Of a stretch of 36,789 nt of DNA, positions 19,030 through 28,316 are shown one piece after another. Where the stretch lies: the NCBI GenBank assembly GCA_963712115.1, contig CAVQGX010000001.1:1-36789 (forward strand). Direction: 5' to 3'. The translations under genes and the position numbers were made by a program. The notes under the pieces were generated by a model, which made no database searches, was not told where the DNA came from, and saw only the letters and a program-made list of their open reading frames with translations. Numbering within the stretch: the first letter of the stretch is position 1; each line of letters starts with the position of its first letter. The DNA is from an uncultured delta proteobacterium. GTDB lineage: Bacteria > Desulfobacterota > Syntrophobacteria > BM002.

Positions 19030-19245
19030 CTCAGTGGGCTCCCCCCAAAAAAACAGTGGCAGGATCGCTTTAAGCCCCTTGCGCAGCTGGGGCTGCCGAG
19101 GCGGATGCATCGGCAGATGTGGGGATCCATTGTGGGAGGGGAGAAGCTTGCTTAGGCGGGACCACAAGGGATCTCCGCTCAGCCTTAAGCGATCCCTATA
19201 TAAGTCAACGCTACGTCCTTTTTTTGGTGAGCTTATACCTCTGAG
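19030..19245 (+). ncRNA. Unassigned structured element (4-way junction): candidate ncRNA or MITE
   Basis: P1 19062-70/19187-95, P2 19074-78/19089-93, P3 19094-99/19110-15, P4 19119-35/19162-78. Outer stems also pair, and G-U pairs favour the + strand. Confidence 0.4.
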
Positions 19246-19278
19246 TGCTCTGTGAGCTCTGTGAGAGATATATAAGCA

Positions 19279-19869
19279 CTACCAGATATTTTTCTCCTCA
19301 CTGACCAGTTCCCTCCCTTCCCCGGGATACACCTTCCTTTCTTCAGGAGGGGTGGGTTTGGTTACTTTGGGCCAACGATCCGGTTGCGGTTCAGGTCCTT
19401 CTCTGGTGACATGGGAAGGAGCGGAGTCCACCATCCGTGGGCTTTTTCTAATATCCACGGCCTCTACATTGAGGCTGAATTCTATGGGAATGCCGTTGGG
19501 GTCGAAAGAATATATGGAGTGAATAAAGCCGTGGTCTATTGGTTCTGAAACCCAGAACCCGGCAGCTGACAATTTGTCCTTGATTTCATAGAGATCGTTT
19601 TCTGATTCGACGCCAAAAGAGATGTGGTCAAAGACGACGGCTCCAGAAGTAGGATAGCCGTGGTCTTTCTCCGGCAAGGGCTTTACCCCAGGCCACTCAA
19701 AAAAGGCAAGAAGATCGTTGTCGGAGATGTGAAAAAAGTAATGTCTGTATCCGGGCTTGCCCAGACCAGCAACCAGTCTCATCCCCAATAGGTCTCTCCA
19801 GAACCTTATGGTTGCGTCCATATTGCCAGTTACCATAGCCAAATGATTGATGCCGTTGAATTTGATCAT
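19279..19869 (-). CDS. VOC (glyoxalase/dioxygenase) family protein
   Basis: GINHLAMVTGNMDATIRFWRDLLG, LAFFE, DHISFGV, SIYSFDPNGIPIEF (His/Glu/His/Glu metal ligands). Confidence 0.92.
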   Translation of the reverse strand: MIKFNGINHLAMVTGNMDATIRFWRDLLGMRLVAGLGKPGYRHYFFHISDNDLLAFFEWPGVKPLPEKDHGYPTSGAVVFDHISFGVESENDLYEIKDKLSAAGFWVSEPIDHGFIHSIYSFDPNGIPIEFSLNVEAVDIRKSPRMVDSAPSHVTREGPEPQPDRWPKVTKPTPPEERKVYPGEGRELVSEEKNIW

Positions 19870-19905
19870 GACTATTCCTCATTCAAATTAATTGGATAGA
19901 GCTTA

Positions 19906-20033
19906 TCCCCCTCCCCCTAGCCCCCTCCCGCCAGGGGAGGGGGGAAATTATTGGGATCACCTATGAATTCCCTCCCCCTTGTCGCAGATCCCGAGCTCGT
20001 CGCGGGGACGGGGGAGGGTTAGGGTGGGGGTGA
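19906..20033. repeat. Two REP-like copies in opposite orientation, one with a nested palindrome
   Basis: Reverse copy at 19906-19944. Forward copy at 19970-20033 with insert gtcgcagatcccgagctcgtcgcggggac, homologous to 2553-2580. Confidence 0.75.
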
Positions 20034-20298
20034 TCAGTGGTCCGTAGTCAGTTGTATCAAAACTAGGCAGAAATTGGGAGTGGGGGATTTCCAGCGGGCA
20101 GCAAGTAGATGATTTCGGATTGGATTGCGGATTTGAGAAGGCATAGGGCATGGAGCATGGGGCATGGAGTAAGAAGTCAGAGGTCGGAGGTCAGAAGTCG
20201 GCAGGCAGGGTTTCAGTTTTCAGGTCTATCATTTCTGACACCTGAAACCTGAAACCTTGAGACTTATTTCTTGTGCCTTGCGCCTTGAAATCCTTTTT

Positions 20299-20349
20299 TT
20301 GCAAAATTCTTCACAAAAGGTTGACAAAAGAAAACCTTCACGATATATT
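20299..20349 (+). promoter_or_regulatory. Sigma70 promoter of the ferredoxin array with an adjacent Rex-like box
   Basis: TTGCAAA-ATTC-TTCACAA at 20299-20316. TTGACA(20321)-17 nt-TATATT(20344). Confidence 0.7.
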
Positions 20350-20473
20350 GACCGCCGGGTAAAAATATAACTGTTTTCTGTCCCTAACATCTTAATTTCA
20401 CTATTGATTTACTCTAATTTTTGAGCCCACCTTTCAGTAAGGAGAATCCACTACATCAGGAGGTGACCAGTCC

Positions 20474-20659
20474 ATGTGGCAAGTAACTGTAGATAAGGAT
20501 AAGTGTACAGGCGACGAGGAATGTGTGGATATCTGCCCGATGGATGTCCTTGAAATGGTTGACGGCAAGGCCGAGCCGGTAAATATGGATGACTGTGAGG
20601 GATGTGAGAGCTGTGTGGAGGTGTGTGAAGCCGACGCGATCACAGTAGAAGAGGTCTAA
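20474..20659 (+). CDS. Dicluster ferredoxin 1 (CxxDxxC type)
   Basis: CTGDEECVDICP / CEGCESCVEVC. RBS GGAGG. Confidence 0.95.
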   Translation: MWQVTVDKDKCTGDEECVDICPMDVLEMVDGKAEPVNMDDCEGCESCVEVCEADAITVEEV

Positions 20660-20897
20660 CGGGCAACGCCGTCAAGCAGCCTCTTAGAAGACCTCAGGAG
20701 TTGGAATCTCACACGAGAACTTCCAGCTTTCTTTACCAGCCTTGATTAGAGCCAATCATAATTTAACCCTTTATTTAAGCTCCTGTCTGGGACAATGGAG
20801 TTATGTGTATTTTCTAAAATCCAGCAGAGCTAAAATGACTCAGAGCAGAGATTGAATATAAAATATAATTTAAAGCGCCTAAGGAGGTAACCGGCAC

Positions 20898-21083
20898 ATG
20901 TGGGAAGTAACTGTGGACAAAGACAAATGCACTGGCGACGAGGAATGTGTGGAAGTATGCCCTGTGGATGTGTTTGAGATGGTTGACGGCAAGGCCGAGC
21001 CGGTGAATGCCGAGGAGTGTTTGGGTTGTGAAAGCTGTGTAGAGGTGTGCGAGTCAGAGGCCATTACGGTCGAAGAAGTGTAG
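20898..21083 (+). CDS. Dicluster ferredoxin 2 (CxxDxxC type)
   Basis: CTGDEECVEVCP / CLGCESCVEVC. RBS AAGGAGG. Confidence 0.95.
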   Translation: MWEVTVDKDKCTGDEECVEVCPVDVFEMVDGKAEPVNAEECLGCESCVEVCESEAITVEEV

Positions 21084-21236
21084 TGATTGCTCGAAAAAAC
21101 TCGCTGTGGTTTTACAAAAGCCGCAGATCTCCGACGGATTCCAGTCAATCCCTCCCTTAAACTTGTCAATAGTGGGTGGAGATGTTCTTATCTGTTAGGA
21201 GAACCTTAATCAATTACGGCAGGAGGTATTGAGCAC

Positions 21237-21422
21237 ATGTGGGAAGTAACTGTGGACAAAGACAAGTGCACTGGCGACGAGGAATGTGTAGAAGTATGCC
21301 CAACTGACGTGTACGAGATGGTTGATGGTAAGGCCGAGCCGGTGAATGCCGAGGAGTGTTTGGGTTGTGAAAGCTGTGTAGAGGTGTGCGAGTCAGAGGC
21401 CATCACGGTCGAAGAAGTCTAG
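21237..21422 (+). CDS. Dicluster ferredoxin 3 (2 aa different from ferredoxin 2)
   Basis: CTGDEECVEVCPTDVY / CLGCESCVEVC. RBS AGGAGG. Confidence 0.95.
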   Translation: MWEVTVDKDKCTGDEECVEVCPTDVYEMVDGKAEPVNAEECLGCESCVEVCESEAITVEEV

Positions 21423-21463
21423 CAATTTTAAAGAAAGGCATATCTGATTTTTCTTAAAGAGCT

Positions 21464-21504
21464 AAAGCCGGAGTTCCCAAGAAAAGGAGTTCCGGCTTTC
21501 TTTT
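21464..21504 (+). terminator. Terminator after ferredoxin 3
   Basis: AAAGCCGGAGTTCC...GGAGTTCCGGCTTT followed by CTTTT. Confidence 0.7.
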
Positions 21505-21711
21505 CAAAGCTGTCAGCCGTCAGCTCTCATAAATTAGAAAAGTAGAAGATAGGAGTCAGTAGCCAGTAGAACTGAGCATAGGGCATAGGGCAGATTCAAA
21601 ATCCTGCACTCTGTGCTCTATGCTCTATGCCCATACTTTCTAACTCAAGACTTCTAACTTCTCTATTTTTTCGCTATGCGCTTTGCTCTGGACTCAAGGA
21701 GGAATCAGGAC

Positions 21712-21897
21712 ATGTGGAAAGTAACGGTGGACAAGGAAAAGTGCACAGGTGATGGTGAATGCGCAGACGTATGTCCTGTGGATGTTTACCAACTGGTTGA
21801 AGGCAGGGCCGAACCTGTAAATGAAGATGACTGCCTAGGTTGCGAGAGTTGCATTGAGGTCTGTGATTTCGATGCAATTACAGTGGAGGAGGTCTAG
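21712..21897 (+). CDS. Dicluster ferredoxin 4 (CxxDxxC type)
   Basis: CTGDGECADVCP / CLGCESCIEVC. RBS AAGGAGG fixes the start at ATG21712. Confidence 0.93.
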   Translation: MWKVTVDKEKCTGDGECADVCPVDVYQLVEGRAEPVNEDDCLGCESCIEVCDFDAITVEEV

Positions 21898-22168
21898 AAT
21901 TCTCCAAACACCCTACAGAAGGTGGACGGTGCTCCATCTCTTTTTAGTAAAGCCAGAAAATCCTAATATCTCAAATCCAAAATCCCAAACGGTGCATGGT
22001 CAAATGTTCAGATTTCTAGTGGCTTTAATCTATTCCGTTTCGGTCATTTGAGTTTGGGGTTTTGAATTTTTTTCTGATTTCGTGCTTAGGATTTAGAATT
22101 TTAGGCGGGAGAAATGCAGGTGTGTTTTGTCTAAGACAAGTGGGCGTAGGCTACTGGATGTACGCCGC

Positions 22169-22210
22169 AAAAAAATAAGCCGGAGGCCTTAAAGTGACTC
22201 CGGCTTTTTT
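22169..22210. terminator. Bidirectional terminator between the ferredoxins and cytochrome c3
   Basis: AAAAAAATAAGCCGGAG...CTCCGGCTTTTTT. Confidence 0.8.
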
Positions 22211-22277
22211 GCCTTTGGCTGAAAGAAGTTAACGCAAAGCCTGAACGAGAGCAGTCAGCAACGTCTCTACCTTGCTC

Positions 22278-22736
22278 TTACTTCTCCTTCGACTTTGTAT
22301 GGCACTTGATACAGGTGGTAGGGATCTTACCGTATTTTGCCTGGTCTTTCTTCTTCATCTCTTTATGGCACCCCTGGCAATTGTCGTGAAAGGCGATTTT
22401 CAGGTTGAGCTTTTGCTTGTCCGCGGAGAGTTTCTTTTCGCCCTTAATCGTAGGCTCATTATGACACTCCATGCATTTCTTAACCTGGTCGCCTTCTTTC
22501 CAGATGTTCTTGCCGTCCTTATAATCGTGATGGCACTGGTCGCACTTGATCTTGTATTCTTCTTGGTGCTTCTTGTGATGAAAGTTCACCGGGCCCTTGG
22601 TGTGCTCTGACCAGAGCTTGGCTTGTATGTCGATCACTTCGGGCGCCTTTTGCTCGGCCGCACCACTCAGGCCCAAAAGAGCCACACTGAACATCAACCC
22701 CACAACCGCTAGAACTGTAAGGAAACGTCTACCCAT
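22278..22736 (-). CDS. Tetraheme cytochrome c3 (class III)
   Basis: Signal peptide, VNFHHKKH, CDQCHH, CMECH, AFHDNCQGCH, CIKCH. Confidence 0.93.
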   Translation of the reverse strand: MGRRFLTVLAVVGLMFSVALLGLSGAAEQKAPEVIDIQAKLWSEHTKGPVNFHHKKHQEEYKIKCDQCHHDYKDGKNIWKEGDQVKKCMECHNEPTIKGEKKLSADKQKLNLKIAFHDNCQGCHKEMKKKDQAKYGKIPTTCIKCHTKSKEK

Positions 22737-22798
22737 GGTAAAGTTCCACCCCCTTTCTCCTCATACTGACAGCAACTAAACTATTTAAGTTCCAACAA

Positions 22799-22881
22799 AG
22801 ATTTAGCCCACTCAGTATGATTGGGCTAAATCTAGTATCCCACAAGTCAAACTCTATATCAGCATGTGAAAGTTTTGTCAA
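22799..22881 (-). promoter_or_regulatory. Cytochrome c3 upstream region: -35 box overlapped by a Rex-like site, plus a 12-bp hairpin
   Basis: TTGACA on the minus strand at 22876-22881. ATGTGAA-AGTT-TTGTCAA at 22864-22881. AGATTTAGCCCA/TGGGCTAAATCT inverted repeat. Confidence 0.45.
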
Positions 22882-23042
22882 GCTGTATTCGCATGAGCGC
22901 AAGAGCATAGCGCAACGCGGCATAGGCTAAGAAATAGAGTCGAGACGGTAAGAGTCAGAGACAGCGGTAGCCGGATTTCCGAAAAAAGGATGCAATGCTC
23001 ACCAGTCGCGTAATTCAGGCTAATCCCCGTCTCAAATGTCAT

Positions 23043-23885
23043 TCATTGCAAAAGGAATTCCGACAAATGCACGAATCTGCGTAATGCCGCAAATATGCAC
23101 ATGCTATGCGCTATGCGCTTTGCCCTCTGCGGGGGCTCCTCTTCTTCCAAATCCAGGGGTTTTCGGCCAAAAACTTTGGCAATCCAAATACTTAACTCGT
23201 AGAGAAGCAAGAGAGGTCCGGCCATCATGATCTGGGTGACTACATCGGGGGGTGTCAATATGGCGGCAAGCACGAAGATAATAAGGATGGCGTATTTCTG
23301 CTTGCTTCTGAGCATTTCCGCTGTCACCAGACCAAGCCTTGCAAGGAAAAAAGCAAAGAGGGGTAATTCGAAAATGAAGCCGAAGGCGAAGAGTAGTTTG
23401 CTGGCGAACTTCAGATACTCGCGGATACTGGGCAAGGCCCTGATACTGTCGCTGGCAAAACCGATAAAGAACTTGAAACCAAATGGAAACACCACGAAGT
23501 AGCCAAAGAGAGCTCCGCCGAGGAAAAAAACCGTGGAGAATAGCACGATGGGTAAAAGGGCTCTCCGCTCCCGATTGTAAAGGCCCGGGGCCAAAAAGCG
23601 CCAGAACTGGTAAATGATTACCGGAGAGGCCAATCCGATACCAGTGAGCAGCGCCACTTTCAGGTAGGTGATAAAAGCCTCTGGAAGGGCAGTGAAAATC
23701 AACCCCTCTCCCGGCGGCATTACCTTGATTAGGGGCCGCATTAGAATTTCGAATATCTGCTTGGCGAAGAAATAGGAGATGACAAAACCGATTCCAACGG
23801 CTACAAAACAGATTATTAGTCGACGGCGCAGTTCTTCCAGGTGCTCGGTGAAGGGCATTTTGGAATCGGTTTCATTTGTCGCCAT
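23043..23885 (-). CDS. tatC: Twin-arginine translocase subunit TatC
   Basis: [49 protein letters not shown]. Confidence 0.96.
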   Translation of the reverse strand: MATNETDSKMPFTEHLEELRRRLIICFVAVGIGFVISYFFAKQIFEILMRPLIKVMPPGEGLIFTALPEAFITYLKVALLTGIGLASPVIIYQFWRFLAPGLYNRERRALLPIVLFSTVFFLGGALFGYFVVFPFGFKFFIGFASDSIRALPSIREYLKFASKLLFAFGFIFELPLFAFFLARLGLVTAEMLRSKQKYAILIIFVLAAILTPPDVVTQIMMAGPLLLLYELSIWIAKVFGRKPLDLEEEEPPQRAKRIAHSMCIFAALRRFVHLSEFLLQ

Positions 23886-24219
23886 GGGGAGGCTTCTCCT
23901 CGGCTAGCTCAACATCTTCCTTGTTTGCTTGGTCGGAATCCCTGCTGGCGGTTTCATCCTCACCGGTATCCAGTTCTTCCCCCGGATCTGGAGGAATAGT
24001 TGCGTCGATCGCTGGGTCCTGAATTTCATCGAAGCTCTTCTTCAACTCGGAGAAGTCGGTATTCGTTTCCAGGCTTTCCTTGAGTTCGTTTGTGGCCTTC
24101 TTGAATTCGGCGATGCCTCGGCCCAGGGCTCGGGCCAACTCAGGCAATTTTTTGGGCCCCACGACAATGAGGGCTATGGCCAGAACGAGGAGAAGTTCTG
24201 GCATGCCAATTCCGAACAT
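23872..24219 (-). CDS. TatA/TatB family subunit
   Basis: [33 protein letters not shown]. Confidence 0.92.
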   Translation of the reverse strand: MFGIGMPELLLVLAIALIVVGPKKLPELARALGRGIAEFKKATNELKESLETNTDFSELKKSFDEIQDPAIDATIPPDPGEELDTGEDETASRDSDQANKEDVELAEEKPPHGDK

Positions 24220-24505
24220 TTTTAATATTCTCCTGTGGCGAAAAAAGAAAATTAGTAATAAAATAGATTATTTGGAGACAAGGAATTGTAGTTGGTTTTC
24301 CAAAAACTGTCAACTATTTAAGTACCACAAGTCCTCATCGTAGGACCGGTTGATGGATGTGGGATGTGCGATATGGGATCAGCAATGAACTTATGCGGTG
24401 ATCTCACATCTCAGATCTCACATCGACTGCGGATTTTCCCTCTATACTCTGATTTGAATACAATAACTTAATTCTCTAGGGAATTGACCTGCCAGGAGAA
24501 ATTCG

Positions 24506-24829
24506 ATGGACCTAAAAGTGAAATGGTGGCTGGAAAAAGATGGCGGGCTGGTGCTCGGCAAGGGGCGGTGCATGCTGCTCGAGGCTATAGACCGTGGGGG
24601 TTCACTCCGTGAAGCAGCGCGGATTTGCGGCATCTCATATCGTGCTGCCTGGGGAAAGCTTCGGGCCTCAGAAGATCGGTTAGGTGAGCCACTTGTGGAA
24701 ACACAGCCCGGCAAACGGGGCATGAAAATAACTCCAAGGGCTCGTCAACTGATAAAGATTTTCCACTCCATCGACGAGAAGTTACAAAAGACCTCTGCTT
24801 CCATAGTGGAAAAAAGTCTCAGAGATTAG
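24506..24829 (+). CDS. ModE N-terminal-type winged HTH protein, no molybdate-binding domain
   Basis: LGKGR..LLEAIDRGGSLREAAR..GISYRAAW..L..SEDRLG.PLV. Confidence 0.85.
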   Translation: MDLKVKWWLEKDGGLVLGKGRCMLLEAIDRGGSLREAARICGISYRAAWGKLRASEDRLGEPLVETQPGKRGMKITPRARQLIKIFHSIDEKLQKTSASIVEKSLRD

Positions 24830-24924
24830 CGGTGTGCTAGACCCGGCAACTGAGGTCTTCTCAGATTCTAGATGGCGAACTTCACGGACGCTGGGGGCTC
24901 TCTGATGTTCTATGGAAAACTTGC

Positions 24925-25030
24925 TTGACAAAGAATATGCGGTAAGTATAATGACCACAAGTTCCAGAGGACATAACCATATAATTTCAGTAGGTTTTTT
25001 CGTTATACTAAATTGTTAAATATTTCACTT
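24925..25030 (+). promoter_or_regulatory. Consensus sigma70 promoter and Rex-like operator upstream of the hydrogenase genes
   Basis: TTGACA(24925)-16 nt-TATAAT(24947). TTGTTAA-ATAT-TTCACTT at 25013-25030. Confidence 0.7.
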
Positions 25031-25470
25031 CTTTAATGACCAAGCAGTGATTCTTTGCCGGGCCTCGGTCGACGCAACGGCCAGCATTGTCCAGGGAGGC
25101 TTTTTTGCCTGGGAAAGAGACAACTCTGCTCCAGCCGTTTAGGGGACTCAGCAACCAAAGTTTATTATAGTCACCAGAGGAATAGGACTGCGAATAGTTC
25201 TTAACTGCCTGAAGACCTTGAAGAGTATGGTAAGAAGACGGACCGAGAAGTAGGTGCGTTTTTTGAATCTTCTCCCCTTATACCTAAAATACTAGAGCAT
25301 CCTAAAACAGGTGTGTACAGCTCCGAGGCACATAGGGACACCCGAGCCAAAAGGCAGGGAAAAATCGATTTCGGAACCGTATATGTCCGAATCGATCTTG
25401 CCCACACAGACACAAGTTTGTGTATGCGGTTATAACTCCTAAACCCCAAGGCTCTTAACTGGAGGACGCG

Positions 25471-26412
25471 ATGGAAAAAGAAAAGGACTTTTACCGAAGG
25501 CTGTCGGAAAGTGGGGTCTCACGGCGAGACTTCATGAAGTTTTGTACCGCCCTGACAGCGACTATGGGTCTCAGCGCCACCTGGGTGCCCAAGGTAGCTG
25601 AAGTCTTTGCCGCACCCAAGCAGAGACCGCCAGTCGTCTGGCTCCACTTTGCCGAGTGCACCGGGTGTTCTGAGGCTACCTTACGGACCATGTACCCGTG
25701 GATAGATACACTCGTTCTGGAGATTATATCCATGGAGTATCACGAAACGGTCATGGCCGCTGCCGGTCACCAGGCGGAAGATGTCTTGCGTGCCGCTGTC
25801 AAGAAGTACAATGGCAAATTCATTTGTGTGGTGGAGGGTGCCGTGGCAACCAAGTATAATGGAGCCTATGGCAAGATTGGCGGTCGCACCTTCCTGGAAA
25901 TTGCTAACGACGTTTGCAAGAAGGCCGCTGCCACCATCGCTATTGGGGCCTGCGCCACTTACGGTGGTGTCCAAGCGGCTGCTCCCAACCCAGGTGGTTA
26001 CAAGGGAGTTGGTGAGGCTATCGGCATCAAGACAGTCAACATCGCTGGCTGTCCACCTAATCCCATAAACTTTGTCGGTACCGTAGTAAACTACCTCCTT
26101 CTGGGTAAACTCCCGGAACTGGACAGCTTTGGCCGTCCTCTCTTTGCTTACGGAAAAACGGTTCATGATCAATGTCCAAGAAGGGGACACTTTGAAAATG
26201 GCGAGTTCGTCACAGAATTCGGCTCCGCAGAAGCCAAAATGGGTTACTGCTTGTACGAAATGGGATGCAAGGGTCCAGATACCTTCAATAATTGTCCCAC
26301 TGCCAAGTTCAACGATGGCACCAGCTGGCCGGTTGAGGCGGGCCATCCTTGCATCGGGTGCAGCGAGCCGGATTTCTGGGACAAAATGAGCCCATTTTTC
26401 AAGAGTTCATAG
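25471..26412 (+). CDS. Periplasmic group-1 (probably 1b) [NiFe] hydrogenase small subunit
   Basis: Tat signal [46 protein letters not shown]. No C-terminal TM helix. Confidence 0.96.
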   Translation: MEKEKDFYRRLSESGVSRRDFMKFCTALTATMGLSATWVPKVAEVFAAPKQRPPVVWLHFAECTGCSEATLRTMYPWIDTLVLEIISMEYHETVMAAAGHQAEDVLRAAVKKYNGKFICVVEGAVATKYNGAYGKIGGRTFLEIANDVCKKAAATIAIGACATYGGVQAAAPNPGGYKGVGEAIGIKTVNIAGCPPNPINFVGTVVNYLLLGKLPELDSFGRPLFAYGKTVHDQCPRRGHFENGEFVTEFGSAEAKMGYCLYEMGCKGPDTFNNCPTAKFNDGTSWPVEAGHPCIGCSEPDFWDKMSPFFKSS

Positions 26413-26464
26413 AAATAACGTATGAATCGAATGCTGGATTCCAAAGACAGAGAGGAGATTACAT

Positions 26465-28102
26465 ATGGCTAGTAAAATCACGATCGATCCGATCACCAGA
26501 ATAGAGGGCCACCTGCGGATCGAAGTGGAGGTGGCCGGCGGCAAGGTTGTCAACGCCTGGAGCTCTGGTCAGATGTTTCGGGGTATCGAGATCATTCTTC
26601 AAGGGCGTGATCCCCGGGATGCACCGCTCTTCACCCAGCGTTCCTGCGGGGTCTGAACTTACACCCATTACCTGTCCTCGGCGAGGGCAGTTGAAAGTGC
26701 TGTTGGCGTAAAGATCCCCGATAATGCTCGCATTATCAGAAATCTTCTTATGGGAGCCCAGTTTCAGCATGACCATATCGTCCATTTTTATCATCTCCAT
26801 GCCCTGGACTGGGTTGATGTGGTCAATGCCCTAAAGGCAGACCCCAAGAAGACAGCAGCTTTATCAGACAATGTCAGCAATGCCCCGTGGGGTGGCGCAC
26901 CTTACTTCAAACAGGTAGCGCAGAGGCTCCAGACCTTCGTAGATAGTGGTCAATTAGGTCCTTTCACCAATGGCTACTGGGGACATTCTGCCTACAAACT
27001 GCCGCCTGAAGCTAACCTGATGGCCGCTTCCCATTACATCGAAGCGCTTCGCCTTCAGGCCAAAGCAGCCAGGATGCACGCCATATTCGGCGCTAAAAAT
27101 CCCCATCTCCAGAGCCTGGCAATAGGCGGGGTGACCTGCGTCAAGGATCTGACCCCCGACAGGATTGCAGAGTTCAAGTTCCTGTGGAGGGAGACCCAGG
27201 ATTTCATTGAGAACGTTTACATCCCCGATCTCCTTGCGGTTGCCAGTTTTTATAAGGACTGGGGAGCCATTGGCGGGACCTCCAACTTCCATGCATGGGG
27301 CGAATTTCCCTTGAGCGATAAAGAGCCGGAAAGCCTCCTAATGCCCAGAGGGGTGATAATTAAGCGGAACCTCCAAGGGGTGCAAATGGCTCAGCAGCAA
27401 CAGGTCACTGAGCATGTGGCCCGCTCCTGGTATGAAGGTAATAAGGATAGGCATCCATTCCAGGGAGAAACCAAGCCGCAGCATGGTGATTACAACCCAA
27501 AAGGCAAATACTCCTGGGTCAAAGCGCCTAGGTATGACGGCGAGCCATGCGAAGTGGGTCCCCTGGCTCGGGTTCTCGTGGCCTATGCCAAAGGAGACAA
27601 GGCCACTCAGACTGTGGTGAATAAGACTCTGGCGGACCTGGGTATCCCGGTCACCGCTTTATTCTCCACTCTCGGCAGGACGGCTGCCCGAGGCCTGGAG
27701 ACTGTCATCATCGGCCAGGCAATGGAAGGTTGGATCAATGAACTGGTGGGTAATCTGAAGAATGGCAATGATAAGACCTATACCCCTTGGAAGATGAAAG
27801 ACGGCATGGGATACGGCCTCAATGACGTTCCCAGGGGTAGTCTGGGTCACTGGGTCCAGATTGAAAAAGGGAAGATCAAGAACTACCAGTACGTGGTTCC
27901 CTCAACTTGGAATCTGGGACCCCGTGATGCTAAGGGGAAAATGGGTCCGGTGGAGGAGGCTTTGATTGGCACGCCTGTCGCCGATCCGAAACGGCCTCTG
28001 GAAGTACTGAGGACCGTCCATAGCTTCGATCCTTGTATTGCCTGCGGGGTGCATGTAATCGATCCCGACTCCAACCAGGTCTATAAAGTCAGGGTAACAT
28101 AA
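26465..28102 (+). CDS. Group-1 hydrogenase large subunit, 545 aa, with UGA (Sec64) in the N-terminal CxxU motif
   Basis: [10 protein letters not shown]...QRSCGV-(TGA)-TYTHYLSS continues in frame into 26750..28102. Also VPRG and VVPSTWN. C-terminal DPCIACGVH plus a cleavable tail. SECIS-like hairpin downstream. Confidence 0.88.
26672..26690 (+). promoter_or_regulatory. Bacterial SECIS-like hairpin
   Basis: CTGTCCTC-[GGC]-GAGGGCAG, an 8-bp stem with one G-U pair. First loop G is at +24 after the UGA. Confidence 0.72.
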
Positions 28103-28124
28103 GCAGGCCAGATTTACAGTTATA

Positions 28125-28161
28125 CCCCCCAGCTGCCAGGTTATGCAGCTGGGGGTTTTTT
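28125..28161 (+). terminator. Terminator after the hydrogenase large subunit
   Basis: CCCCCAGCTGC...GCAGCTGGGGG followed by TTTTTT. Confidence 0.88.
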
Positions 28162-28182
28162 GTGATGGCATAGGGCATCGAG

Positions 28183-28316
28183 TCCATGTATTGCCTGTGG
28201 GGTGCATGTAATCGATCCGGACTCCAACCAGGTCTACAAGGTCAGGGTAACATAAGCAGGCCAGATTCACAGTTATACCCCCCAGCTGCCAGATTATGCA
28301 GCTGGGGATTTTTTTT
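28183..28316 (+). repeat. Direct duplicate of the large-subunit 3' end and terminator (28030-28161)
   Basis: Offset 153 bp. Encodes identical [23 protein letters not shown] with 5 synonymous changes. Confidence 0.92.

Noticed and set aside
20474-21897. Regularly spaced repeats suggesting a CRISPR or cassette array
   Set aside because: The repeats are whole ferredoxin genes with their own RBSs. There are no CRISPR repeats, attC sites, or cas/integrase genes in the window.
24970-25010. ATAAC...GTTAT as a ModE operator
   Set aside because: Spacing and sequence match the ModE consensus poorly, so it cannot be supported by eye.
26465-26656. 63-aa ORF plus a separate 450-aa ORF, or a hydrogenase pseudogene
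   Set aside because: Both are in the same frame, the TGA falls exactly on a conserved Cys, a SECIS-like hairpin follows, and there is no other decay. A nonsense mutation is not excluded but is less likely.
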